A stretch of DNA of 64,000 nucleotides from Vicugna vicugna (lineage: Eukaryota): positions 1,308,941 to 1,372,940 of the forward strand of contig MU058844.1 in the NCBI GenBank assembly GCA_013265495.1. The letters run 5' to 3'. Shown here piece after piece: positions 52,715 through 64,000 of the stretch. Under the pieces are notes generated by a model. That model ran no database searches, had not been told where the DNA came from, and worked only from the letters and a program-made list of their open reading frames with translations. The position numbers and the translations under genes are program-made. How positions within the stretch are numbered: position 1 is the stretch's first letter; each line of letters begins with the position of its first letter.

Positions 52715-53237
52715 ACTTAGCTATAGCTGTTGTTTAATTGCAGATGATAGAAATACAATTTGCACTAGCAGCAGAGGGTATTCATGGGAAGAATATTGAG
52801 ATACTTGAAATAATCAAATAAGGGCTGATCAGTCAAACTTTGCAAAAGTTAGGGATTCATTTCAGCTTTAGAAAAAATTGAAATAGGTACTTATATATTG
52901 CCCACTCTTTTTCTCCTCTATGCATAATGGCATGCCTGACAACGCAGGGACCAAGGCCACCTGTGGTCCTCAAGGTTTATACCTGAAGGGTCCCGCTAGC
53001 AATGAGAGTCTCAGTTCTCGGTCCTCAATCTAGTTTTTAAATTCTGGGAAGAGAAAACACTGACTCCACCTTGGTCAGATGCTTATTCCTAGAATAATTA
53101 ACTATATAGCAGAGGCAGGACATGGTAATATAAAAACTTTGTATTCCTTCATATAACCATATGGATGAGATAGAAGGCTAGTAGTTTCCAGGAGAAAAAA
53201 AAAAATTCTGGTCATCCAAATCCACAGATACCTACTG
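52715..53237 (-). mobile_element. Old MLT1K/L-like MaLR LTR
   Basis: ttgcagatgatagaaatacaatttgcactagc...ctgactccaccttggtcagatgcttattcct...tagtttccaggagaaaa. Confidence 0.6.
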
Positions 53238-54161
53238 TGGTACATAAATCAGCGTGATTAGCTTAAAAGTGTAATTTTCCTATTGATACCATTTTTGGAA
53301 AGCATGATGTCAATTTAATACTTCCTCCCACTCTGAACTTAGTCATTTGACCAGATATTTAGATAGGTACAGTGTAGGAAAAAAAAAACTATTGGGAAAT
53401 ATGAATAGAAGTACCCAATGACTTTTAGTGTCATAGGGGCCCAATAAGTGAAAGAGTAATTGAATCTTCAATAAAGTCCTCAGCTTTGGGACCCAAATAA
53501 AGCCTGTAATGAATCATTCAGATGTCCTTTCAAAAGAGATCTATTTCCAACTTGATTAGAATGATCAACTACATTGTCATTGCATCTTGATTGAGATATA
53601 AAATAAGGTAAGGAAAAATTTAAATTATCCTCTATTTAGTCCTCTGTTCTTTATTAATCCGTTACATCCAGTCTTTAAAGGCCCTGAATTTCATAGTTTA
53701 TCAGCTCAAGTACATCAGGTCCTTTCCCAGCCTGTGCTGGCAGTGCAGGTCTTCTGTCTCAATGCCCTGTTGGACTACAGAGATTACTGATACATTTCCT
53801 AGGATCAGTCTGTCTAGGGATTTTAAAGGCACCATCCTAAAACAAAGGTGATGACCTCAACACATGGAATTTAGCACTTCATTTGGAGACTAGAAGTGAG
53901 ACTATAATTGGTAACATCTTGCAATCACTTTCTGCCACAAGGAATATTTTCCATGTAGTAGATTATAACTGAAAAATATCTTTACAAAGTCATGGAAGCT
54001 AGCAGATACTCTGAGAGTAAGGGAGCACAGAAAGATATTTTTAAAATATGTTCTTAAGATGGTTTCACAATTGACTTCTCTATTGCATAAAGAGCCCTGG
54101 GCTCAATATTCAGTTACTACAGTTACTACAGTGGATTCAGAGACATACTCCTGAATCACAG

Positions 54162-54612
54162 AGTGGTGGATGCTGTGATTCATGAGTCAGATACCCACTT
54201 CAGTGCCCAGGGACTCATTCTTTCAGCTGCTGGGAGTGCTGGCTGCTGACTGCTGACTGTTTGCAGTTAGGTCCCTCCCCAAGATTATGCTTTAAAGGGA
54301 CCTACCTTGCCCCAGGTTACATCCTCTCCCAAGAGTAGCCTGCAACCTGAATTCGTCCTGGATGAGCGGGCCCAAAAGCCCAGCTGCCTTGCCTCTATCT
54401 GGGACAACTCCTAAGGGCCATCCCAGTGCTAGAGCTTCTTGTGTGAGGGGTGGACTGAGGCCCCAGTGGCACCTGCATCATGGGTCAGCCTCTCTCTCTG
54501 CCCCGTCCTGTTGCTCACTTGCCTACAAGTGTTGTACCCACAAGCACTCCCCAGTTAACCACTGACATGTTCATCTTTGCCTCTGGTTCCTTAAGGACCC
54601 CAACCTAAGACA
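54162..54612 (+). mobile_element. LTR16C-like ERVL solo LTR, near complete
   Basis: gtggtggatgctgtg...cagctgctgggagtgctggctgctgac...ctgggacaactc...agggccatcccag...ggaccccaacctaagaca. Confidence 0.85.
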
Positions 54613-54929
54613 GAAGGTTATATTTAAAATATGGATCTCAGAAGTAGTGGATCTGAAACAAGGGAGAAAATTGTTCTGGCAAGAAGGTTAGTATAGGGCT
54701 CCCTTTGAACACACCCTCTAGCCACTTCCTAGCAAACACAAGAGTGAATATTTGAATTTCTGCACAGTCTCTGGTATTCTAAAAGGGAAATGAGCTGAAA
54801 AGGAAGGAGGAAAGGAAAGAAGAGGGAGGGGAAGAAAGAAGAAAAAAGCCGAATAAACTCGAAGTGTGCTTTGCAGTTTTATACTTTTGAGAGTTCTTTT
54901 TAAGTAATTGCAACAGTTATTTTTAAAGT

Positions 54930-55135
54930 CTGGTTACCATTCATTGGATACCTATTATACTCTTGCTACTTTACATATGCTATTTCTAAACCAAAAAAAA
55001 AAAAGAAAATACTGGAGCAAGGAAGATAATATTATCAGAGAGGTTAAGAGATTTACCCAAGGGCACAGAGCTAATAAAAGACAAAACAAGAATTTAAAAC
55101 AACATTTGCCACTAAATCTTGCTGTCTTTTCTCTA
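54930..55135 (-). mobile_element. MIR SINE
   Basis: ttaccattcattggatacct...cagagaggttaagagatttacccaagggcacagagctaata. Confidence 0.75.
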
Positions 55136-55212
55136 AGTAAGGTGCTGCCTCTCTTCATAGTGAGGAACTCAAACCCAGGAGCAAAGTTTGACTTTCTTTT
55201 GAAAGATAGCTA

Positions 55213-55655
55213 TTGTATTACTTGGGACTCTTTTCCCAACAAGGGTTGGAGACTCAATTCAAACTAGCTTAGATGATAACATTATGAATGAGGATGGTGA
55301 GAGTTTCATGGAACCTAAGAAAAGAATATTACTTGATCTCAGAGAAAAATTGCAACCAAGGACAACACAGCTTTTAGGATTCACTTTCTCTTTGCCACAT
55401 GTGGAAAACATTATAGCTGACATCTTTGGAACTTTACAGCTCTGAATAGAAAAATCAGCCTATTTCCTTTGTCCCAAGGAGGGGAGAAATATCCCACTTC
55501 ATTAGTCAGCCCTGAGCCAATCACCCCTGACCTGGGATGAGAATTACAATGTAATATGTTTGTCTTTACTATACCCTATGGATAGAAGCAGCAAGAAGAG
55601 AGTAAAGATTTTAGAAAGATGAACAGGGGGCAGGGATGCTAATAATTATCACCAT
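55213..55655 (-). mobile_element. Old MLT1K/L-like MaLR LTR
   Basis: tgtattacttgggactctt...actcaattcaaactagctta...ccctgagccaatcacc. Confidence 0.6.
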
Positions 55656-55828
55656 ATAGATTCATCATATGTACTCACAACTTACAAGCTCCATAAATTT
55701 GTACACTGAACCGCTTTCTATCTCTCAAACATATTACCATACAACTGAGCAATTCAGTGAAAGGTGGCAGGCAGTTTTAGCTTGGAAAGCAGCTCTAAAA
55801 TTGTACCCTCATCATTACAGAATTTGTA

Positions 55829-55853
55829 TGTGTGTGTGTGTGTGTGTGTGTGT
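55829..55853. repeat. (TG)12 microsatellite
   Basis: Read directly from the sequence. Confidence 0.95.
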
Positions 55854-58004
55854 AATCCAAAGGAAAGGGAGTTGAAAAGATAGAGCAGGAAGTAAAGTAT
55901 GGTACATCTGAGAAGCTGAAACTTTCCTCACTAAAGCCGGAAATTAATTTCTTCCTGATCATGATGGCTAAAAGAGATTGTACAGAAAGAGTAGGCAGTG
56001 AAAAAGCTTAAGATGCATTTTTCTGACAGCATTGTGCATAAAATCCTAAGAGAAATTAAGCAGAGAATGTGTGCTTCCCTTGAAGGTGAATTAATAATCA
56101 GATATATACTTTATTAGCATATGCTTCAGAGTGTCTCCCCTCCAGACTGGCTAAAGAGGGGCTCCCCAGAGGAGTCAGGGTTTCTCCCCAAGCCCTACTT
56201 GCAGACCTCTTTACACACACACCTTCAAAGTACACAAAAGGACAAAAGGGCCTTTCATTCTATCCTCCCTAGAAAGACTTGAGATTGAAAATGGCTATTT
56301 GTTCCCTCTGCGACGTATACATCTGATAATATGCATGGGCATGTATAACTGACTGCCTGCATTATGTATGAATTAGACCCCACTCTTGTTCTTCAGCAGC
56401 TGGAGAGATTTTTCTCCTCCAGATGCCCAGCTGCAGTATGGCCCCTCCCCCCACCCCACGTGCCTGTCCCCCACACACACCCATACTGGGGACAATTGCC
56501 CTAATTTACCAGAACCTAAGGACCACGATAGCCAGCGCACTGTGTTTTTGAGTCGCTTTTCTTTATTAAAATTTGTTTTCCTTCCATAGTCACTGCTGCC
56601 ATTTTACTAATGGAACAAAGACTCTGGACAAACAAGCACCCTAGTAATCACCTCAATTCATTCTCACAACCAAAGGCTTCTAAAAAAACACTGTTTTTTC
56701 AAGCTGTTGATTGGATGATCCCCCTGGGGAAATGCTTGCCACTATTAAAGATGCTTTGAGCCAAGAGAAACTAGGATAAAGGCACTATTGGGTAGTTTTT
56801 CTTGTTGCTGTTTCTTTGTTTTCACAATCCATTATCACCAAGTTCCTGATCTCTCTTATTGAAAACAAGATGTTGCAGGGGAAAAAAAAGAGAAAGAAAT
56901 AAAGAGTTACAACTATGATACCACTTATGTAGGCCTTAAGTTGAAGCACCACCTAAACAATATTGTTTTTAGGATGAAAGCTGCAAAACCTGGACAATTA
57001 TCTGGCCTTTTGCAAAATATTTTAATAGAATGAATATTAAAACATTTTGGGATTTGAGGATCTGAGTAATTGCCTGAATTTTGCAATTCATTCTGAATGT
57101 TTGCCCTTCTACAAAATAGCTTGTATGTCAAAGAAAGAAACATTATATGTTAGAAAATATTATGGGGAGTGATGTAAGTTTGTTTCACTCTATTTAACAG
57201 AAGGGAATGTGTTTGTGGGTTTATAAACAACCTAATCTATGGGCTGAAAATATCCTGCCAAAATTGACCCCTGGCTACCTTCCTTCCCCAAGAAAGCCTC
57301 CTAGAATAAGTTCCTCTAAAATGTTTCCCAAAAAGAGGAGACTTTTATATAGTCGTCTCCTAAAGATTCAGAGGAAAACATAATAATCTTTGATAAACTT
57401 GGCTGCCTAGTTGAAAAAGCTATATGAAGAGTCTAATGGCTGTTTTCTTGCTGAAATGTCCTGTGTAGCAGAGGTCAATCATCCATCCACTTTCTCCATC
57501 AGACAGCTCAAAAGAATAAGGGCATAAAGGTAATCTCCTTCCATATCTCAGCAGATTTCTGAGGTCAAAACATTTATGCAGTGAGGTCTCTCAGTACCAT
57601 TAACCGTGAAAATATCCAATATCAAAATAATTCTGAATTTCAAAACCAATTTGAGTTTTAATCTGAGTATTCAGGGTATTCACCCTTGATATTGATGCAT
57701 CCAACCATCAGTTCTCCTTAAATTGGTCAAATTGATGAGGTCAGTGACATTCAATAAAAGACTGCAGTGTACTGTCACCATTGTTTGTATGACTTTTTTT
57801 CTTTTGCTTTTCTCATTATTCCCTCAGTACGGGACTTTGAGATGGTGGATTGGGATATATTAGAAAACTTGGAGGCTTCTACCTATTATTGCTTAGTGCC
57901 TTCCTCCCTCTCAATAGGGTGAGGATGTTGAAAAGGTAAATGGGGAAAGAGAGAGATTCAACATAAGGTGAAGCACGAAATGGCTCTCATTGGCATGGCA
58001 TTGA

Positions 58005-58203
58005 CCCAAATCATCCTTGGAGTTAAAAAGACTTGAGTTTTAATTTTTAGCTTTACTAAGTCCTAACAGATTTTTCTCTGAGCTTCATTCCTAAAACAGG
58101 GATAACAATATCTTCCTTTTTGAGTATTAAATATGATCTTGGAAGGGAAATACCTAGCATGGTGGTTGGCACATAGTAAACACTCAATAAATGTAAGTTA
58201 TTC
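58005..58203 (+). mobile_element. MIR SINE
   Basis: ttggagttaaaaagacttgagttt...tggcacatagtaaacactcaataaatgt. Confidence 0.8.
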
Positions 58204-58486
58204 TCTCTACTACTGCCCAGTTCTCTGCTGACACTATCCTGAACCTCAGCCTATTTGTCTCGGGCCCTACATCTAGCTCTTGGGTCTGTACCATATTCTT
58301 GTACTTCTAGTTCCAAAGGCACTACTCTAGATGGATTAATCCCACAGAACCATGCTACCATGTTAAGAAATAACCTGATGAACGCTGTCAGATGTCCCCC
58401 AATAGCCACATACCCCTTCTTTCTTGCCAGTACAACTACAGTTTTGTTCAGATATTAGATAATGATGTGTTCAAAAGAGACAGAGC

Positions 58487-58661
58487 ATAGGTAAACAGCG
58501 AGGTCCTAGTGTAGCACAGGGAACTATATTCAATATCTTGTAATAGCCTATAATGAAAAAAGAATATAAAAAGAAATATATATGTATATAACTGAATCAC
58601 TATGTTGTACACCAGAAACTAACACAGCATTGTAAATCAACTATACTTTAATTAAAAAAAA
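58487..58661 (+). mobile_element. Young cetartiodactyl-type L1 3' end
   Basis: aggtcctagtgtagcacagggaactatattcaatatcttgtaata...aactgaatcactatgttgtacaccagaaactaacac...A tail. Confidence 0.9.
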
Positions 58662-58669
58662 TTTGAACA

Positions 58670-58870
58670 TAAAAGCCCAAGGGCAACAATAAAGTATGGT
58701 AATATGGAAGTAGCAGTACATGCCTCTGTGTTCAAGTAAAAGGTAGTTTCCATGACATTTATATATGTAGGAGAATTTCACTCAAGTAATTCATATTACA
58801 ACTAGCTCATGTAATTCCTGAAAATTTAACAATCAGCTCTCCCAAGCCAGTACAAATCAGCACGAGCAAG
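58670..58870. mobile_element. MER63-like hAT-Blackjack fragment
   Basis: ttcctgaaaatttaacaatcagctctcccaagccagtacaaatcagc terminus. Confidence 0.65.
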
Positions 58871-60182
58871 TTCAGGCCCATCGTTGAAATTATCCTTGAA
58901 TAAATAATACCTATTTTTACCATTATATATTGATGCTCCAGACCTTTTCTGTCATGTAATACAAATAATATAATGTATCTCATTTACATAATGCTTTTTG
59001 TTTTATAAATCACCTTTTTTATATGTCATCTATTTTAATTAATTCTTACAAGAATCAAAAGAAATAGTTATTATATCACTTTATTAGAAATTAAGATGCT
59101 AAAACTTAAATAATTTGCCAAACTTGAACACAGATCTTTTCTCTCCAGAGTCAGGATTCTTTGGTAGTGCAAAATATTTTACATAGTAGATTCCACCACT
59201 TCTACTTGCCATTATAACCCTTTCCTTCCACATTTTCTAATACTGAATGTATAATGCTTTTGAATACAAAGGGATAAAAGGCTGCAATTCATTGTATATG
59301 TAGTATAAAGATCTCTCTTGGATAACTATGCAAAGGACCGGTTAAATTCACTTACTAGTCTATTTGGGGCCAGCTTCTAATACATTCTCAAGCTCAAAAC
59401 ACATTGTATTTTAAGCCCATGCTTTGAAGAAATTTAGTAATAAAGAGAGTTGTCTGTGGGAGGTCTGTTCCTTGTTGTTTTCAAATAATCATTAAGTGGA
59501 CATATGGTGAATTGAATTCATACCAACATTTCTGAGCCTATTCAATATTTTTTAAAGTGAACTAAAGGGTAACATTAATTTGTAAGCATTTTCAGAACTC
59601 TTACATTGAAATTAAGTTTTACTGATCCCAGTCCTCATCATCTGAATTAAGAGTTGAGTATAAAGAAAATGAACCTTTGCAAAAAGATAGCCAAATCAAA
59701 CAGGCCAGGTAGAGGGTTTGGGATAATATATGTTGCTCCTAAGTTAAATGCTTTCAATGGTGATCTATCATTAAAAATTACAGTTTTAGCATTGCTTTTC
59801 CAGCATTTGTAAATCACAAAGATGACTTATGGAAAACAATTTACTTCAGTGGCTGGGCTCTCCAACTGCCTGTAATTTGATTATAAATTTTAAATATACT
59901 TTGTGTGGCAGAGAGTATGTGCTGAGAAAGGAAGGTTAGTAGGGAAGGAGGCAGGGACTATAGTATATCCTTCCTGAGTAACTGAGTAACAAAGGTGAGC
60001 ATTACCTATTTACATTTACTCCTTCAGCATTTCAAAGCCTATAGATCAAGGGCGAATTTTCACCATCTTGATAACATTAGTTTCAGTAAATACTATTCCC
60101 TGTGTGCTCCAGAGGAAAAGATCAAATTACCCCAACAAACCTCAACAGTTGAAAGATTTTAGTAATTTTCCCATCCTATTTC

Positions 60183-60203
60183 CTCTCTCTCTCTCTCTCT
60201 CTC
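60183..60203. repeat. (CT)n microsatellite
   Basis: Read directly from the sequence. Confidence 0.9.
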
Positions 60204-61989
60204 AGAGATGGTGTAAATTGCTCTTAAGGAGAGTTATCATTGATGAAATTAGGTTATTCTTCAGTAAATGATTATTCAAACCTTTTGGAGACATACCATT
60301 CTAGTGTACACAATGGTAGAATCGTCCCTTTTGTGTTTTTGGAGAATAAGGCAGGGCTTCTAAAAAAAAAGGCCATGGATTCCAGCCTTTAATGGGCTTT
60401 GAAAAATACCAGATTTGAGGGTTGTAACTTGACGCCATTAGGAAAATTCAATAATATTCTTATTTTCCTATTATCATTGAGACATCTGCTGCTTGGGGAG
60501 AAATAATGAGATAAAGGTTTCTTTCCTACACATCAGCGCCATTCAGAGATCTCATGGAAAGCTGTTTCTGCAGCAAAGAACAAGTGTAATTCTGCAAGTC
60601 AAGGACAGATTGTGTCCTGTGTAACCAGACATACTGACTCCTGCCTGCCTAATATTTAAGTGAAAAGTTGACACTTGGCTCTCTGACACAAGTTCTGACC
60701 TGACAAAGCAATATAATCTTCTCAAATAAGGTCAGAATGGCTAGGAAATCTCAGCTATTTACAACTGAGCTGATTTTCAGAGCCAAAGAGCCTGTTTGCT
60801 TTATATCAACATACTCCGTCAATCTTCCCTTTATTCTGGAAAGTAAAAAATAAATAAATAAATAAACTTGGGGAATCTCTGGGATTTCCCCAAATTATAA
60901 ACATCCTTATGATTTTATTTTCTAATTTGTAGGGCATAATATAAATTATAAATGCATATCTTTTAAAAATATAATCTCAACCCAACCAGAATTAACTGTT
61001 TTCAGTTATAATTTCCAAAGGATCTCTTTTCTGGGGATGAGGTTTTAGAAAACAAAATAAATTAATGGCAGGTACCAGTCAAAATTCTGTGTTCCTTCAG
61101 GATTCTAGTTTCTGTAAATGTCTCTTGATGAAAGAATTAAACACACATTCACATTGCTGCGGTGAAGGAGACCTAGCCGTAAAAATCCCTGCTAAGGTCA
61201 TTTCTTTAATATGTTTGGAATTGTAAGAGGGAGAGGATTTTCTCTTCAGACTCTGGCCTCGCATACCTTGGTGTTGATGAATTCTGCACATCCCTGGGAT
61301 TTGCAGGAGGTTACAGAACAAGATTACGCACCCTGGTGATATATTTACTGCAAGGACAACCCGGGCACAGCTGCAGCTTGAAACCAGAAATGTGTGGAAA
61401 GAGTCTCACCATGAAATACTTAAGGCTATTATTTCAATGGAACATCCTTGTGTACCCAGGAAATGAAGCCAATCAATTTTGCTTTTCTTTTTCAGTGTTG
61501 TTGTTGGTTTAATGGAATTCGGTCTGAGAGGATGAAAACTGGTACCTGACTATTATTTACTCATGTACAATCAGGGCCGAGAGGAAATTGGGTCCAGTGA
61601 TAGGGATTATGTGTAGTTAACTGATTTGCAAAGAACTAAAAGAAGGAAAAGCTCTCTGTGCAAAAATGGAAGGTTGGGGTTTGCCTCTCCTTTTAGGATT
61701 AAACTGCAAATGTCATTTCACTTTGAATGGCTTTGGAAATAATATCACATTGAATTTCTCAAGTGGCTTTCCCCAGACTTTTTTTTTTCCCTTCCAATTC
61801 CTAAATAATTATGCTGAGGGCACCGTGGATAGAGTGGTTAGCAAAACAGACAATGCCCTCATGGAGTCCATAACCTTGCAAAGATAAGAGACATTAGAAG
61901 AAGAAGAAGGACATAGATAATAATAGAGTTACAAACCTCGATAAAACTAGAAGGACAAGTACTCCAAGAGTGCACATTACATGCCTCAC

Positions 61990-62168
61990 ATATACATGTT
62001 TATTTGTCTGTTTTCTCTATCCTTCTGAGATTCTTGACTGAAGTAATGTGTTATTTAAAATAATTGTTCAAAAACTTTTATTTTTTGTCATTCTACTCCC
62101 AGAGCCTTGCACAGTACGTGGCACATGGTAGATGTTTAGTAAACTCAGTTAGTCACATTTGTTGAAGA
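61990..62168 (+). mobile_element. L2 3' end
   Basis: tactcccagagccttgcacagtacgtggcacatggtagatgtttagtaaa...atttgttgaa. Confidence 0.7.
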
Positions 62169-62179
62169 AAATTACAGTT

Positions 62180-62375
62180 GCCTAGAATTAGTCATGTAAT
62201 CCTTACAAAAATCACATGAGCTAAATTTGTCAGGTATTTGTGTTCTCATTTTACTGATAGGAAGATAGAGGAAAAATTTAATGATTTGCTCAAATTCTCT
62301 CAGCTGATAAGACTGAATGAAAACAGGTCTTTGAACCCTGAAACCAGTGTTCTTTCTCCAAACACTGCCTCCAAA
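62180..62375 (-). mobile_element. MIR SINE
   Basis: tcatgtaatccttacaaaaatc...ctcattttactgatagg...atttgctcaaattctctcagctg. Confidence 0.7.
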
Positions 62376-62825
62376 AAAAAAAAATACTATAAAGAATAGA
62401 AATAACACTAATGAAACTGACAGACTGTATATGCTTGTTTGCATATCAATAAAGTGGGAAAGAAACAAGGAGGAAACTTCAGAATTGTACATGAATAAAA
62501 TGTATTCAATTCATTCTCAAATAAAAATGGGATAAAAACCAAAACTTTCCATAGTTTTTTGTATCTCCAGCAATCTATATTTAAACAGATAGAATTCTTA
62601 AAAAACAACAACAACAAAAAAAACTCTCCTATTCAACCTTTTGAAGTGAAAATTTACCTTTTAATGGGGAATCTTTATTCCACCATGGTGGTAAAATATA
62701 AGTTCACAAGTTTGGTTATTTATTGTCAGTTTTAGGAGACTTTTTTTCCTAAACTACTATATTTAGCATATAAAAAAGACAGACTACAATATATTTGAGG
62801 CCAGACTAGAAACGTCCATAGGAGG

Positions 62826-63194
62826 TGTCTTAGTCAGCTTGGGCTTGCCATGACAAAGTACCACAGACTGCGTGGCTTAAACAACAGACATTATTTCTCA
62901 CACTCCTGGAGGCTGGGAACTCCAAGATCAAGGTGCCGGCTGATGATAGTTCTTTTCCTGCTTTGCAAATAGCTGCCTTCTTGCCGTGTCCTTATTTTGC
63001 TGAGAAAGCTTTCTCTGTCTCTTTCTTCCTTTTCTTATAAGATCACTAATTTAATCATTAGGGCCTTACCCTCATGACCTACTCTGGACCCAGTTACCTC
63101 CCAAAGGCCACATCTCCAAATATTGTCGTATTGGAGGTTAGGTCTTCAACATAGGAATTTAGTTTGGAGAGGGGGAAACATTCAGTTCATAATA
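62826..63194 (-). mobile_element. MLT1A0-like MaLR solo LTR
   Basis: tgtcttagtcagcttgggc...gtggcttaaacaacagaca...acattcagttcataata; 5-bp TSD-like ggagg/ggtgg. Confidence 0.9.
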
Positions 63195-63571
63195 GGTGGC
63201 ATAACTAAAAGAAATAAAACTTGTTCCATCACACACACATACCACAGACACACACATACACACAGGACTTTAAGCCACACTTAGAACTTTGACAAGAAGA
63301 CCATGGGTAAGGTTTTGCCCAGTCTTGAGAAACTAAATTTGAATAATAGGAACTAGAGCAACGATCCACAATGGAAGACAAAATAAAGCTAAATAAGAAT
63401 GATTCATACATTTCATATTATTTTTAAAGAAATCAGAGATACTTAGATATAAATAAGTCAGCATAAAGATCAAACACTAATGTAACTGGCCCAGAAGAGC
63501 CTTTTGAATTTAACTTGAGCATCTTGAAGCTGTAAGAGCTGAAACATCCTCATTTAAAAGGGTGCAATGTT

Positions 63572-64000
63572 GGGAGAGAAGCAAGATGGCGGAGTAGAAG
63601 GATGCTTGTAGCTCACCCTCTCCCACAGATACACCAAAACTCACATCTACAGACCTACTTAGCCAACCAGAGCACCTGCTGAACTCCGACAGAACATCGC
63701 CCTCTTTGAAAGACAAAGACACCAAAAATCTGGTAGGAGAAAAGGAAAAAAGAAAGAAGAAAAAGCAAAACAGTGCAGGACCAGTCCCATGAGGAGGGAG
63801 CGGCAAAGGAGGACTGGCACTCATTCTCTGGGTCCCCCTCCTCCAATGGAGAAGCCAGCGGGACGGAAGGGGAGCGTCTGAGGCTCAGATCTGCCCCGAG
63901 CACCCTTTGACCGACAGAACTGAGTTAAACGGGCACAAAGGGTCCCCACAACACCCAGCCAGAGCCACGAGCCAGTACTGGGGCTGGGACAGGCCGCCCG
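63572..64000 (+). mobile_element. 5'UTR/internal promoter of a young L1 (continues beyond the window)
   Basis: gggagagaagcaagatggcggagtagaagga start with YY1 motif caagatggcg (63582-63591); GC- and CpG-rich; TT/AAAA site 16 bp upstream. Confidence 0.85.

Noticed and set aside
63510..63903. Antisense ORFs in the L1 5'UTR (ORF0-like)
   Set aside because: No evidence of homology or conservation; ORF0 is described in primate L1s.

Overview
Mammalian non-coding genomic DNA (AT-rich, CpG-depleted), most likely from a camelid. The young L1 ends are of cetartiodactyl/camelid type, and I saw no Alu, Bov-tA/BovB, PRE-1, Can-SINE or B1/B2. I cannot support any protein-coding gene, tRNA, rRNA or CRISPR array; the supplied ORFs are short, lack recognisable domains and mostly overlap repeats. 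Much of the window is a layered transposon landscape (MIR, L2, CR1/L3, old and young L1, MaLR/ERVL solo LTRs, hAT and Tigger DNA elements) with many nested insertions, microsatellites and an 84-N assembly gap. The most unusual items are: (i) a TSD-bounded chimeric retro-insertion mixing a polyadenylated non-L1 sequence with two opposite-strand L1 pieces (51.1-51.6 kb); (ii) a patchwork of exact local copies beside the gap (45.0 kb); (iii) the 5' end of a young, possibly full-length L1 (63.6 kb onward); (iv) a recursive-splice-like motif (10.1 kb); and (v) several TE-free, motif-rich candidate enhancers. Repeat families were assigned by eye from remembered consensus sequences, so subfamilies and boundaries are approximate (tens of bp). 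I found no convincing evidence of a new multi-gene system.
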